NCBI GenBank assembly: GCA_014192065.1
Contig: BJHH01000003.1
Span: 248,751-312,750, forward strand
DNA: 64,000 nt
Source of the DNA: Gemmatimonadota bacterium
GTDB lineage: Bacteria; Gemmatimonadota; Gemmatimonadetes; Gemmatimonadales; Gemmatimonadaceae
Direction of reading: 5' to 3'
Made by a program: the position numbers and the translations under genes. The notes under the pieces were generated by a model that was not told where the DNA came from, made no database searches, and saw only the letters and a program-made list of their open reading frames with translations. Shown here piece by piece: positions 27,943 through 37,269 of the stretch (the first letter of the stretch is position 1; every line of letters begins with the position of its first letter).

Positions 27943-28334
27943 TACGCGTGCCTCAACGACTGGCCGGTGAACGGCGCAGGAAGAAGATCTCCAAGGTTCC
28001 ACTCCGCATGAGCACCTACCGATCCAACACTCCACACCGACAACGTCGGTGCAAACTCGACCAGCGCTTGGCGGCACATCCCGCAGGGAGGCGTCGGTGT
28101 ATGGGCCTCCGTCACGATCGCCAGCGCCGTGAAGGCGGTGCGTCCCGCCGCGACGGCAGCGCCAAGCGCATTGCGCTCGGCGCAGGTCCCGACTGGGTAG
28201 GACGAATTTTCGACATTGCAGCCTGCGTAGATGGTTCCGTCGACTGCCAACAGCGCAGCGCCAACACGAAACTGCGAGTATGGCGCGTAGGCGTTCCGCA
28301 TCGCGGCGTCAGCCGCGGTGCGTAAGGCGTCCAT
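27942..28334 (-). CDS. cdd: Cytidine deaminase
   Basis: Zinc motifs CAERNAL and PCGMCRQ. The N-terminus MDALRTAADAAMRNAYAPYSQFRVGAA is typical. An alternative GTG start at 28349 overlaps the deoB stop. Confidence 0.88.
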   Translation of the reverse strand: MDALRTAADAAMRNAYAPYSQFRVGAALLAVDGTIYAGCNVENSSYPVGTCAERNALGAAVAAGRTAFTALAIVTEAHTPTPPCGMCRQALVEFAPTLSVWSVGSVGAHAEWNLGDLLPAPFTGQSLRHA

Positions 28335-28345
28335 TGGCGAAGGCG

Positions 28346-29515
28346 TCACGAGCCCACCACGAGCGGCAAGAAGGAGCGCCCACTGCCGCGGAACGGCAAG
28401 CCCAGCCACTCGGCGATCGTGGCGCCGACATCGGCAAAGGTGTCGCGGCGGCCGATGGCGACGGGTCGCACGCGCGGGCCGAACACCAGCACGGGCACGC
28501 TCTCGCGAGCATGATCCGTAGACGGCGTAGTCGGGTCGTTCCCGTGGTCGGCGGTAATAAAGAGCAGGTCGTCCTCTCGAAGGGCGGCGATGATCGCCGG
28601 AAGCGCAGCGTCGAACTCCCGCAACGCCTTGTAGAACCCCGGAATGTCGTTCCGGTGCCCGTACAGTTGGTCGAAATCTACAAGGTTGCCAAACAGGAAC
28701 CCACTTCCCCCCGCCAACCAGGCCAAGAGTCCCTCAACGCCCTCGGCGTTCCCGGAGGTGTGCCCGCCGACGATTCCCCGCCTCGCGAAGAGGTCGTCCA
28801 CCTTGCCCACCCCCGTGCGCTCGATGCCCGCAGCCGCCAGGGCGTCAATCAGTGTCTCCCCAGTTGGCTGGACCGAAAAATCACGCCGGCTGTCCGTCCG
28901 CTTGAAGGCGCCGCCGGGGCCACCGAATGGACGGGCGATGACCCGCGACACGTTGTGCGGTGCGACGAGCATCGCTCGGGCGATTTCGCACGCCTCGTAG
29001 AGCTCGTCAAGCCCGACCGTCCCCTCGTGCGCTGCCACCTGAAATACCGAATCCGCCGAGGTATAGACAATCCAGGAGCCAGTTCGCAGATGTTCCGCGC
29101 CGTACTGATCGACAAGCGCGGTACCGCTGCCCACCACGTTGCCAAGGACGCCCCGGCCGGTCCGCCTGGAGAACTCCGCGATCAGGTCCACCGGGAATCC
29201 GTTCGGATAGGTCGGAAACGGCGTCGCGAGATGGACGCCGGCGAGTTCCCAGTGGCCGGTCGTGCTGTCCTTGCCAGCCGACTTGGGCTCGAGGAGTCCG
29301 TACGCGGCGAGTGGATTCGGTACCGAACGCACGCCATCGAGCTGCGCGATGCGGCCGAGACCGGCCTTTTCGAGATTGGGGAGAGTGAGTCCGCCCACGG
29401 CGCGCGCGATGTTCCCAAGTGTGTGCGAGCCGACGTCGCCATAGGCGGCCGCGTCAGGCGCGGCGCCGATGCCGACGCCGTCGAGCACGAGGATCGCCGC
29501 ACGGCGCGCCGGCAT
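28346..29515 (-). CDS. deoB: Phosphopentomutase
   Basis: 389 aa. Contains AAILVLDGVGIG, DSTTGHWE, NLVDFDQLYGHRND and ITADHGNDPT, the alkaline-phosphatase-superfamily DeoB motifs. Confidence 0.92.
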   Translation of the reverse strand: MPARRAAILVLDGVGIGAAPDAAAYGDVGSHTLGNIARAVGGLTLPNLEKAGLGRIAQLDGVRSVPNPLAAYGLLEPKSAGKDSTTGHWELAGVHLATPFPTYPNGFPVDLIAEFSRRTGRGVLGNVVGSGTALVDQYGAEHLRTGSWIVYTSADSVFQVAAHEGTVGLDELYEACEIARAMLVAPHNVSRVIARPFGGPGGAFKRTDSRRDFSVQPTGETLIDALAAAGIERTGVGKVDDLFARRGIVGGHTSGNAEGVEGLLAWLAGGSGFLFGNLVDFDQLYGHRNDIPGFYKALREFDAALPAIIAALREDDLLFITADHGNDPTTPSTDHARESVPVLVFGPRVRPVAIGRRDTFADVGATIAEWLGLPFRGSGRSFLPLVVGS

Positions 29516-30600
29516 CAGATGTACAGCCGCGGCGCGCGCGCGCGGAGCGCCGTGAGCAGCTCATATGGCGAGAGATCACAGGCCGCGCCCACCTGCTCCA
29601 CCGTGAGCCGTTCCTCTCCGTCCTGGCCCATGAGCGTGGCAATGTCGCCGCGTTGGCACTCGATGCCCGTCACATCGACCATCGTCAGGTCCATCGTGAC
29701 CGTGCCGGCAACCGGCGCGCGCTTCCCATTGATCAGCACCGTGCCGCGGTTACCGAGCGAACGGCGGTAGCCGTCGGCATAGCCGACGCCGAGCGTCGCA
29801 AGTCGCGTGGGCCGTTTTGCCACCCACGTCGCGTCGTAACTCACCGTGTCGCCAGGCTTGAGATCGTGGATGTCCACGACGCAGGCGTAGAACCGCACGA
29901 CCGGCTCGGGCTCGATCTTCCCGCCGCTGCCCACGCCGTATAGGAATACACCAGGCCGCACCACGCTCCAGGGCGAGGGCGACGTCCGTTCAATAGCCGC
30001 GCTGTTTTCTGTGTGTAGCATCGGCGGCATGGCCGGCATCGCGGCCACAGCATCGAGGAACCGCTGCGTCTGCAGTTCCATCGAGCCGTTGTCGAGCTCT
30101 GAAGAATGGAAGTGCGTGAACGCCCCCGCCGGAGGGCAGGCCGTCAACACCTCAGCGAGGGACCCGATGTCGTCGTAGCGGATTCCCGCGCGGTTCATAC
30201 CGGTATCGATCGAGAGGTGCCAGTCGCCGCCGCCGGTCATCATCCAGAGGCGAATCGATTTCGCGTCGCCGAGCGCGGGGATGAGGTTGGCCGCGCGAAT
30301 CGCCTTATGCGGCTTGGCGGTCGGCTCTTGTGGCGTGATTACGAGGATCGGGCGGTGGATCTGCGCTTTGCGGAGCTCCTCTCCTTCGGTGATGGTTGCG
30401 ACGCCGTAACCCCAGGGGTCGGTCGCCTCCAGCGCGCGCACCACGGGAAGCATGCCGAGCCCGTACGCATCGGCCTTCACCATCGGCATGAGCGGCTTGC
30501 GGGCCTGCGCGCCCAACGCCTTGGCGTTGCGCACGAGGGCGTGCAGATCGACCTCGATCCAGCAGCGGTCGGTGGCGCGAGTGGAAGGCGTGGTATTCAC
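29515..30600 (-). CDS. alr: Alanine racemase
   Basis: 361 aa from GTG 30600..30598 (VNTTPSTRATDRCWIEVDL). PLP-lysine motif PMVKADAYGLG. The ORF-track start (30741) would run into the mazG coding region. Confidence 0.9.
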   Translation of the reverse strand: MNTTPSTRATDRCWIEVDLHALVRNAKALGAQARKPLMPMVKADAYGLGMLPVVRALEATDPWGYGVATITEGEELRKAQIHRPILVITPQEPTAKPHKAIRAANLIPALGDAKSIRLWMMTGGGDWHLSIDTGMNRAGIRYDDIGSLAEVLTACPPAGAFTHFHSSELDNGSMELQTQRFLDAVAAMPAMPPMLHTENSAAIERTSPSPWSVVRPGVFLYGVGSGGKIEPEPVVRFYACVVDIHDLKPGDTVSYDATWVAKRPTRLATLGVGYADGYRRSLGNRGTVLINGKRAPVAGTVTMDLTMVDVTGIECQRGDIATLMGQDGEERLTVEQVGAACDLSPYELLTALRARAPRLYI

Positions 30601-30661
30601 GGGGTAGAATCTAGCCGTCGGTGGGTGGCGTGGCCCGTCTACCCCCGCCAGTTTCCCTCCG

Positions 30662-31456
30662 ATGACCGACTCCTCCAAGCGCACGCTCGACGACGCGCTC
30701 GCCATCATGCGGGACCTCCGCGCGCGCGACGCGTGGGACAAGGCGCAGACGCACGAGTCGCTCCGCCCCTACCTGAACGAGGAGGCGCACGAGCTCGACG
30801 ACGCCCTTCGGAGCGGCGACGACCACGCGATGCGCTCCGAACTGGGCGACGTCCTGTTGCAGGTGCTCTTCCATGCGATCATTGCCGAAGAGCGCGGCGC
30901 GTTCGACGTGAACGACGTGGCCGGCTCACTCGTCGAGAAGATGACCAAGCGCCATCCCTGGCTCTACGGCAACGCGACGGAACGCGAACCGTGGGAGCAG
31001 ATGAAATCGAAGCAGCGCGAAACGCTCGCCGAGGGGCTGCCAGCAGGGCTTCCCGCCCTGCACCGGGCCCACCGGTTGCAGGAACGTGCGGCGGGCGTGG
31101 GGTTCGACTGGCCCGATGTGCGCGGTCCAGCCGACAAAGTCCGCGAAGAACTCGCCGAGGTCGAAGCGGAGATCACAAAGCACGGCGCGCAATTCGAGAC
31201 GCACGGTGTGCCGAGTGCCGATCCGCGGCACGCGGCTCTCGAATCAGAGCTCGGCGATTTACTGTTCGCGGTAGTGAATTTGTGCCGAAAGGCCGGCACG
31301 CATCCTTCGCTCGCCCTCGACAAAGCGAACGCGAAGTTTCAGGCGCGGTTCGAGGCGATCGAGAAGCTGGCGGCGGCGCGCGGGATCGACGTGAAGGCCG
31401 CGGGGCTCGAGGCGCTCGACAAACTGTGGGACGAGGTGAAGGCCAGCGAGCGCTAG
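30662..31456 (+). CDS. mazG: Nucleoside triphosphate pyrophosphohydrolase MazG
   Basis: 264 aa with tandem MazG domains (LNEEAHELDDAL..ELGDVLLQV and VREELAEV..ELGDLLFAVVNL). This is the only convincing plus-strand gene in the window. Confidence 0.9.
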   Translation: MTDSSKRTLDDALAIMRDLRARDAWDKAQTHESLRPYLNEEAHELDDALRSGDDHAMRSELGDVLLQVLFHAIIAEERGAFDVNDVAGSLVEKMTKRHPWLYGNATEREPWEQMKSKQRETLAEGLPAGLPALHRAHRLQERAAGVGFDWPDVRGPADKVREELAEVEAEITKHGAQFETHGVPSADPRHAALESELGDLLFAVVNLCRKAGTHPSLALDKANAKFQARFEAIEKLAAARGIDVKAAGLEALDKLWDEVKASER

Positions 31457-32751
31457 GGCTTCAGCCGGTTCATCATCCGCGGGAAGGCGATGCACTCACG
31501 GATGTGCTGTATACCGCAGATCCACGCGACGGTGCGCTCGAGTCCGAGCCCAAAACCCGAGTGCGGAAAAGTGCCGTACTTCCGTAGCGCGAGATACCAG
31601 TCGTACGCGGCCTCAGGGAGTTTCTCCTCACGCAACCGGTGCAGGATCTTGTCGTGGTCGTCCTCGCGCTGCGAGCCGCCGATGATCTCGCCATAGCCCT
31701 CGGGCGCGAGGCAATCGTCGCAGAGCACCGTGCGCGGATCGGCCGGGTTCTCCTTCATATAGAATGCCTTCGCTTCCTTGGGATAGTTCTTCACGAAGAT
31801 CGGCGTCGTGTAATCCGCCACGAGCAGCGCCTCGTCCTCGGCGCCCAAGTCGTCGCCCCACACCACCTTGCTTCCCTTCTGCTGGAGCGTGGCCACGGCA
31901 TCGGTGTAATCGATGCGCGGGAACGGACCCTTGATGCATTCCAGCTTCGACAGGTCACGCTCGACTTCCTTGAGCTCGGCCTGCCGCCGCTCGAGCACAC
32001 GCCCGACCAGAGAGACCAGCAGGTCTTCCTGTAGCTGCATATTGTCGTCCGAGTCGTTGAAGGCGACCTCGGGCTCAATCATCCAGAATTCTGTGAGATG
32101 GCGGCGCGTCTTGGATTTTTCGGCGCGGAAGGTCGGCCCGAACGTATAGATCTTTCCGAACGCCGCGGCGGCGGCCTCGCCATACAACTGTCCGGTCTGC
32201 GCGAGGTACGCATTGCCTTCGTCGAAATACTCGGTCGCGAACAACCCGGATCGCTCTCCGATGGCCGCCGTGAGGATCGGCGTATCCACACGCAGAAAAT
32301 CACGCTCGTAAAAGAAATCGTGAATCGCCTGTTCGACTTCATGGCGGATGCGTGCGATGGCCAGCTGACGCGGCGTGCGAAGCCAGAAGTGCCGGTTGTC
32401 GAGCAGGTGATCGACGCCGTGCTCCTTGGGCTGCAGCGGATAATCAACCGGGCTGGTGCCAATCACCGAGAGATCCGTCAGGCCGACTTCGTGACCGCCG
32501 GGCTGACGCGCATCGGCCTTTACCTCGCCGGTCACGGCGATGCAGGCTTCCTGCGTGAGTTGTCCGAACAGTTCCCACACGTCGGGCGTCACCTGGCTCT
32601 TCACCACCACCGACTGGAGAATGCCGGTGCCGTCGCGCATCACGATAAAGGCGACCTTGCCGCTGGAGCGCAGGTGCGTCACCCAGCCCTTGACCGTGAT
32701 CGTGGATCCAACGTGCTGCGCGAGTTCGGAGATTCTGGCGGTTGACATCAT
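31453..32751 (-). CDS. asnS: Asparaginyl-tRNA synthetase
   Basis: 432 aa. N-terminal OB fold (VKGWVTHLRSSGKVAFIVMRDGTG) and class II motifs (FRAEKSKTRRHLTEFWMIEPE, GFGLGLERTV). Ends FPRMMNRLKP. Confidence 0.93.
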   Translation of the reverse strand: MMSTARISELAQHVGSTITVKGWVTHLRSSGKVAFIVMRDGTGILQSVVVKSQVTPDVWELFGQLTQEACIAVTGEVKADARQPGGHEVGLTDLSVIGTSPVDYPLQPKEHGVDHLLDNRHFWLRTPRQLAIARIRHEVEQAIHDFFYERDFLRVDTPILTAAIGERSGLFATEYFDEGNAYLAQTGQLYGEAAAAAFGKIYTFGPTFRAEKSKTRRHLTEFWMIEPEVAFNDSDDNMQLQEDLLVSLVGRVLERRQAELKEVERDLSKLECIKGPFPRIDYTDAVATLQQKGSKVVWGDDLGAEDEALLVADYTTPIFVKNYPKEAKAFYMKENPADPRTVLCDDCLAPEGYGEIIGGSQREDDHDKILHRLREEKLPEAAYDWYLALRKYGTFPHSGFGLGLERTVAWICGIQHIRECIAFPRMMNRLKP

Positions 32752-32850
32752 GACTCAGGCGAGGGACGTGTACGGCGAGTGAGCGGCAAATGAGCGGCAA
32801 GTTTGTGACGGGCGAGCGCCGAGCTGGTGACGACACCCGAGTGACGCGAA

Positions 32851-34161
32851 TTACCTATTGCCCTTGTAGCTGATCTTGTAAATCGTACCGGCCAGATCAT
32901 CGGCGACGTAGATCGAGCCGTCAGTGCCCTGTGCGAGACCGGTCGGACGATGGATGCGGCCGTCCTTGCCGGGAAGTCCGTTCGGTGCCGCAAACTCCGT
33001 CGCGAAGTCGCGGTGCGTCGACGCCTTCTGTCCATTCAACGGAAGGAAGGCGACGCGGTAGCCCATATTCGGCAGCGGCGCACGATTCCACGAACCGTGG
33101 AACGCCACAAAGGCGCCGTTCCGATACTCCGCCGGGAATGTTGAGCCGGTATAGAACATCATGTCGTTCGGCCCCCAGTGGCCAGGGAACGCGTACGCCG
33201 GCAGCTTCTTGCCGCCGCAACGGTCAGTCTTTTTGCCGTCGCCACCATACTCGGGCGCGGTCACGAGTTTCTTCTCCTCGTGCGACCAATAGCAGTATGG
33301 CCAGCCGAAGTCGTCGCCTTTCAGGATGTGATTCACCTGCTCGCCTGGGTTTTCGGCTCCGTACGCATTGTCGTGCCCAGGCCAGAGACCAGCCGGCGGC
33401 GGCTGCAGCCCATCGCGACCGTGCATCGTGGCCCAAAGCGACTGATCGCGCGGATCGACCGTGAGTGCCACCGCGTTGCGAATGCCAGTGGCGAATCGCG
33501 TCCCGTCGCCCGGCCTCTGGCCGATCTTGTGCGCATCGAATGCCCAGATACCGGCGCGGGTCTCGAGTTCGACGCACGGATCAACGCCCGGCGTCTGTGG
33601 CGCACGCTGCTCGCTGTTTTCACAGGCATTCGTGCGCGAGCCGACGTTCATGTAGAGCGCCGCGCCCACGACGACGAAGTTGTACGCCGCGTGGCCGCCT
33701 GGGACGAAATCCGAGACGATCGTGTCGGCCTGACCGAGCGCTGCCTGACCCGGCATGTATTTGTAGCGGACAATCGCGCGACCGATGGTGTGATAGAGGT
33801 AGCCGTTCGCGAGCGCGATGCCCGAGCCGCTCGCCTGCGCCAGCTTCTCGACGGCATCGGCCTTGCCGTCACCATTGGCGTCGCGCAAGCGGTAGAGCGA
33901 GCCAGGGACGAGCGGCATGTTCGAACGTCCGCCACCGCGCGGACTGCCGCCGACGAGGAGTTCTCCGTTTGGCGCGACCACCATGTGGCGCGGACCCTGG
34001 AGGCTGTCGGCGAAGACAGTCGCGCAGAAGCCGGCGGGCAGCGTCAGTCCGGCGTTGTCGACGGCGCAGGGCACGGCCTTCTGCTGCGGCGAGGCAGCGA
34101 CAGTAGCGGCGGTAGCGGCGGTAGCCATGGCCACGGCCATGATCGAAAGCGTGAGACGCAT
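32851..34161 (-). CDS. PQQ-dependent sugar dehydrogenase (glucose/sorbosone dehydrogenase family), secreted
   Basis: 436 aa from ATG 34161 (MRLTLSIMAVAMATAATAATVAA signal). Beta-propeller-type repeats and GDDFGWPYCY, which is typical of the SGDH family. The ORF-track start (34368) is over-extended. Confidence 0.78.
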   Translation of the reverse strand: MRLTLSIMAVAMATAATAATVAASPQQKAVPCAVDNAGLTLPAGFCATVFADSLQGPRHMVVAPNGELLVGGSPRGGGRSNMPLVPGSLYRLRDANGDGKADAVEKLAQASGSGIALANGYLYHTIGRAIVRYKYMPGQAALGQADTIVSDFVPGGHAAYNFVVVGAALYMNVGSRTNACENSEQRAPQTPGVDPCVELETRAGIWAFDAHKIGQRPGDGTRFATGIRNAVALTVDPRDQSLWATMHGRDGLQPPPAGLWPGHDNAYGAENPGEQVNHILKGDDFGWPYCYWSHEEKKLVTAPEYGGDGKKTDRCGGKKLPAYAFPGHWGPNDMMFYTGSTFPAEYRNGAFVAFHGSWNRAPLPNMGYRVAFLPLNGQKASTHRDFATEFAAPNGLPGKDGRIHRPTGLAQGTDGSIYVADDLAGTIYKISYKGNR

Positions 34162-34222
34162 ACGTGAGCTCCTGAAAAGACGGGCGCTGGGACCTCCGGC
34201 AAATCTAGCGGCACCGCTCTGC

Positions 34223-36346
34223 TCAACCCACCCTGAACAACTCCATCGCGCGATCAAACCGCCGGCGCAGCACCTGATGAATGGGCGTGTTGGCCTTGGA
34301 CGAAAGCATCGGGTCCTTAGCGAGCAGCCCGAGCGCGGATTCCCGAGCCAGTGCATTGAGTTCAACATCCACGAACGGGTTAGCGATCTTGAACGTGGCT
34401 TCGCCGTGCTGACGCTGGCCGAAGAGGTCGCCCATGCCGCGCAAGCGAAGATCGGCCTCGGCCACCTTGAACCCGTCGCTCGAGTTCACGACGACCGAGA
34501 GCCGGTCCTCGGTATCGGGCGAGACATCGCCGAGCAGGATGCAGAAACTCTCCTCCGCCCCGCGACCCACGCGACCACGCAGTTGATGAAGCTGGCTCAA
34601 TCCGAACCGTTCTGGATGCTCGACGAGCATCACCGTCGCGTTGGCCACGTCGATCCCGACTTCGATCACCGTAGTCGAGACGAGCAGATCGATCGTGCCG
34701 TCGCGGAAACGGCGCATCACGTCGTCCTTAGCCGCGGCGTCCATGCGGCCGTGGAGCAGTGCGAGGCGACGGTGCGAGAGGCGACCCTTCCGGAGTTCGT
34801 CGAACGCCTTCGTGGCGGCCTTGAGCTGCACTTTCTCGCTCTCCTCGATGAGCGGCAGCACGACATAGGCTTGCCGCCCTTTCCCGAGCTGCGTGTCCAC
34901 GAAATCGAACACCTTGTCGCGCGACTTCTCCAGGCGCCGCACGGTCGTCACCGGCTGACGGCCCGGCGGCAGTTCGTCAATGATGCTCACGTCGAGATCG
35001 CCATGGACCGTGAGCGCCAACGAGCGCGGAATCGGCGTGGCGCTCATCAGGAGAATGTCGGGACGCTCGCCCTTTTTCCCGAGCGCGAGGCGCTGCTCGA
35101 CGCCGAACCGATGTTGCTCGTCGACGACGGCGAGCCCGAGCCGGCTGAACTCGGTGTCGCCCTGGACGAGCGCGTGTGTGCCGACGACGAGCACCGGTTC
35201 CCTGCTCGCAAGCCGCGTGGCCGCTGCCCGGCGCGCCTTGGCGTTCAGGGAACCGGAGATGAACAGCGGAGAGAGCCCGAGCGGCGCCAACAGCTTCGCG
35301 AAGGTCGCCGCGTGCTGCTCCGCGAGCAGCTCGGTCGGCGCCATGACGGCCGCCTGAAATCCATTCTCCATCGCGAGCAACGCGGCAAAGAGCGCGACGA
35401 TGGTCTTGCCGCTGCCGACATCGCCCTGCAGCAAGCGATGCATCCGCTCACCACTCGTCATGTCTTTGACGATTTCGCGCGTCACGCGCACCTGCGCGTC
35501 GGTGAGTTCGAACGGCAGCGTGGCCTTGAGTTTCGACGTCAGATCGCGACGGTTCGTGAACCGAATGCCCGCCCGCGGCGTGCGCGCCAAGGCGCGGGCA
35601 CGGATGTGCAGGATGTTCACGAACAGCAGTTCCTCGAACGCCAAGCGCGAACGCCCTCGCCGTGCCTCGTCGAGCGTCGCCGGCCGATGCACCATGCGAA
35701 GCGCCTCGGGGAGCGCCGGCACCTGCGCCTCGTCGAGCATCGCAGACGGTAGATACTCCGTGACCAGGGGCAGGTAGGTGTCGAGATTGCGCTCAATGAG
35801 CGCACGCACCTGCTTGAACGAAAATCCCTCCGTCGCCGGATAGACAGAGAGCACGCGGCCTGCCGCCTGGTCCTCTTCGTCGGCACCGAAATTGATCGTC
35901 TCGCGCGGAGCGAACTGACGGCCATGGAAGAACCGCACCGTGCCGGCGAGCAGCAGCAGGTCGCCCGGGTTGATCGACCGGTCGAGAAAGGGCTGGCCGG
36001 GCCAACCGCACTCGATCAGCCCGCTCTCGTCCTGAATGACCGCCTGAAAGACGCGCAGCCCCTTTCGCGTGGGGATGATCCCCTTGGAAATCACCCGCCC
36101 CATGATCGTGGCGTCGTCGCCAATCCTGAGCCTGCTGATGCGGGCGATGGTGCTTGCGTCTTCGTACCGGTGCGGCACGTGGTGGAGCAGATCGCGCACC
36201 GTGAAGATGCCAATGCGGCGCAGCGCGTCGGCGCGAACCGGACCGACGCCGCTCAGGTACATCACTTGGGTGTCGAGCGACCGCCGCGGCCCGCGGCTCT
36301 GGCCTCGGCTATCACTACCGGAGGATCGCCCCGGAGCGTCGCTCAC
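34223..36346 (-). CDS. recG: ATP-dependent DNA helicase RecG
   Basis: 707 aa. Wedge domain, then helicase motifs GDVGSGKT, DEQHRFGV, LLMSATPIPR and QLHQLRGRVGRG. The GTG start overlaps the ftsY stop. Confidence 0.93.
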   Translation of the reverse strand: MSDAPGRSSGSDSRGQSRGPRRSLDTQVMYLSGVGPVRADALRRIGIFTVRDLLHHVPHRYEDASTIARISRLRIGDDATIMGRVISKGIIPTRKGLRVFQAVIQDESGLIECGWPGQPFLDRSINPGDLLLLAGTVRFFHGRQFAPRETINFGADEEDQAAGRVLSVYPATEGFSFKQVRALIERNLDTYLPLVTEYLPSAMLDEAQVPALPEALRMVHRPATLDEARRGRSRLAFEELLFVNILHIRARALARTPRAGIRFTNRRDLTSKLKATLPFELTDAQVRVTREIVKDMTSGERMHRLLQGDVGSGKTIVALFAALLAMENGFQAAVMAPTELLAEQHAATFAKLLAPLGLSPLFISGSLNAKARRAAATRLASREPVLVVGTHALVQGDTEFSRLGLAVVDEQHRFGVEQRLALGKKGERPDILLMSATPIPRSLALTVHGDLDVSIIDELPPGRQPVTTVRRLEKSRDKVFDFVDTQLGKGRQAYVVLPLIEESEKVQLKAATKAFDELRKGRLSHRRLALLHGRMDAAAKDDVMRRFRDGTIDLLVSTTVIEVGIDVANATVMLVEHPERFGLSQLHQLRGRVGRGAEESFCILLGDVSPDTEDRLSVVVNSSDGFKVAEADLRLRGMGDLFGQRQHGEATFKIANPFVDVELNALARESALGLLAKDPMLSSKANTPIHQVLRRRFDRAMELFRVG

Positions 36347-37245
36347 TCGCTGAAGAGTCCCTGCGCGAACGCCGTTGCGTCGAATGGCTCGAGGTCGTCC
36401 GCGCTCTCGCCCGTGCCAACGAACTTCACCGGCGCATCGATCGCTTCGTGCACGGCGACGACGACGCCTCCCGTAGCCGTCCCGTCGATTTTATTGAGCA
36501 CGATACCGCTGATCGGCACCGATGCCGCGAAGACCCGCGCCTGCACGATGGCGTTCTGCCCGACGGTGGCGTCGAGCACGAGCAGCGACTCGTGCGGCGC
36601 ACCAGGCATACGCTTGTCGATCACGCGGGCGATTTTGCGAAGTTCTTCCATCAGGGAATCGCTGGTGTGGAGCCGGCCGGCCGTATCAATGATGGCGACA
36701 TCTACGCGCTTGGCCACTGCTGCGTCGATCGCCGCCCACGCCACGGCCGCCGCATCGGCCCCCGCACCAGCGCTGACGAATTCGGCACCTGAACGCTCGG
36801 CCCACACCCGCAGTTGATCCACCGCGCCCGCACGAAAGGTGTCGCCCGCCGCGACGAGCACCTTCTTCCCTTCGCGTTGGAGGCGCGTCGCGAGTTTGCC
36901 GATGAAGGTGGTCTTCCCCGCACCGTTCACGCCGAGGACGAGATAGATCGACGGGCCGCTCGGCGCGCAGATCAATGACGGGTCGTGGCGACCAGACATC
37001 AGCGCCGCCACCACGGCTTCGCCGAGCGCTCGCTGGAAGTCGGCTTGGGTCTTGAGTTCGCCACGTTCGCCGCGCTGCTTCACATTGTCGACGAGCGTCG
37101 CGGTGACCGCCGTACCGAAATCGGAGGTGAGCAACAGCTCTTCGAGCTGCTCGAGCAAGCGGGAGTCGACGCCACCCTGCGCGATGACCCGAATGTCGGT
37201 CAGCGCGAGGCGCTTGAGCCGGGACCAGATACCGCGTATGGTCAT
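36343..37245 (-). CDS. ftsY: Signal recognition particle receptor FtsY (short form, no acidic A domain)
   Basis: 300 aa. NG domain motifs GVNGAGKTT, DTFRAGA, DTAGRL and LNKIDG. Confidence 0.92.
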   Translation of the reverse strand: MTIRGIWSRLKRLALTDIRVIAQGGVDSRLLEQLEELLLTSDFGTAVTATLVDNVKQRGERGELKTQADFQRALGEAVVAALMSGRHDPSLICAPSGPSIYLVLGVNGAGKTTFIGKLATRLQREGKKVLVAAGDTFRAGAVDQLRVWAERSGAEFVSAGAGADAAAVAWAAIDAAVAKRVDVAIIDTAGRLHTSDSLMEELRKIARVIDKRMPGAPHESLLVLDATVGQNAIVQARVFAASVPISGIVLNKIDGTATGGVVVAVHEAIDAPVKFVGTGESADDLEPFDATAFAQGLFSE

Positions 37246-37269
37246 GCCGTCGCGTGCAGCGGTCTGCTG

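Noticed and set aside
30106-31587. 493-aa plus-strand ORF overlapping alr (antisense) and mazG (out of frame)
   Set aside because: The frame beginning MTDSSKRTLDDALAIMRDL at 30662 carries the duplicated MazG motifs. This longer frame is Arg-rich nonsense.
33917-35752. 611-aa plus-strand ORF antisense to recG and the PQQ dehydrogenase
   Set aside because: It spans two unrelated real minus-strand genes and the intergenic gap between them, has no motifs and has Arg/His-rich composition.
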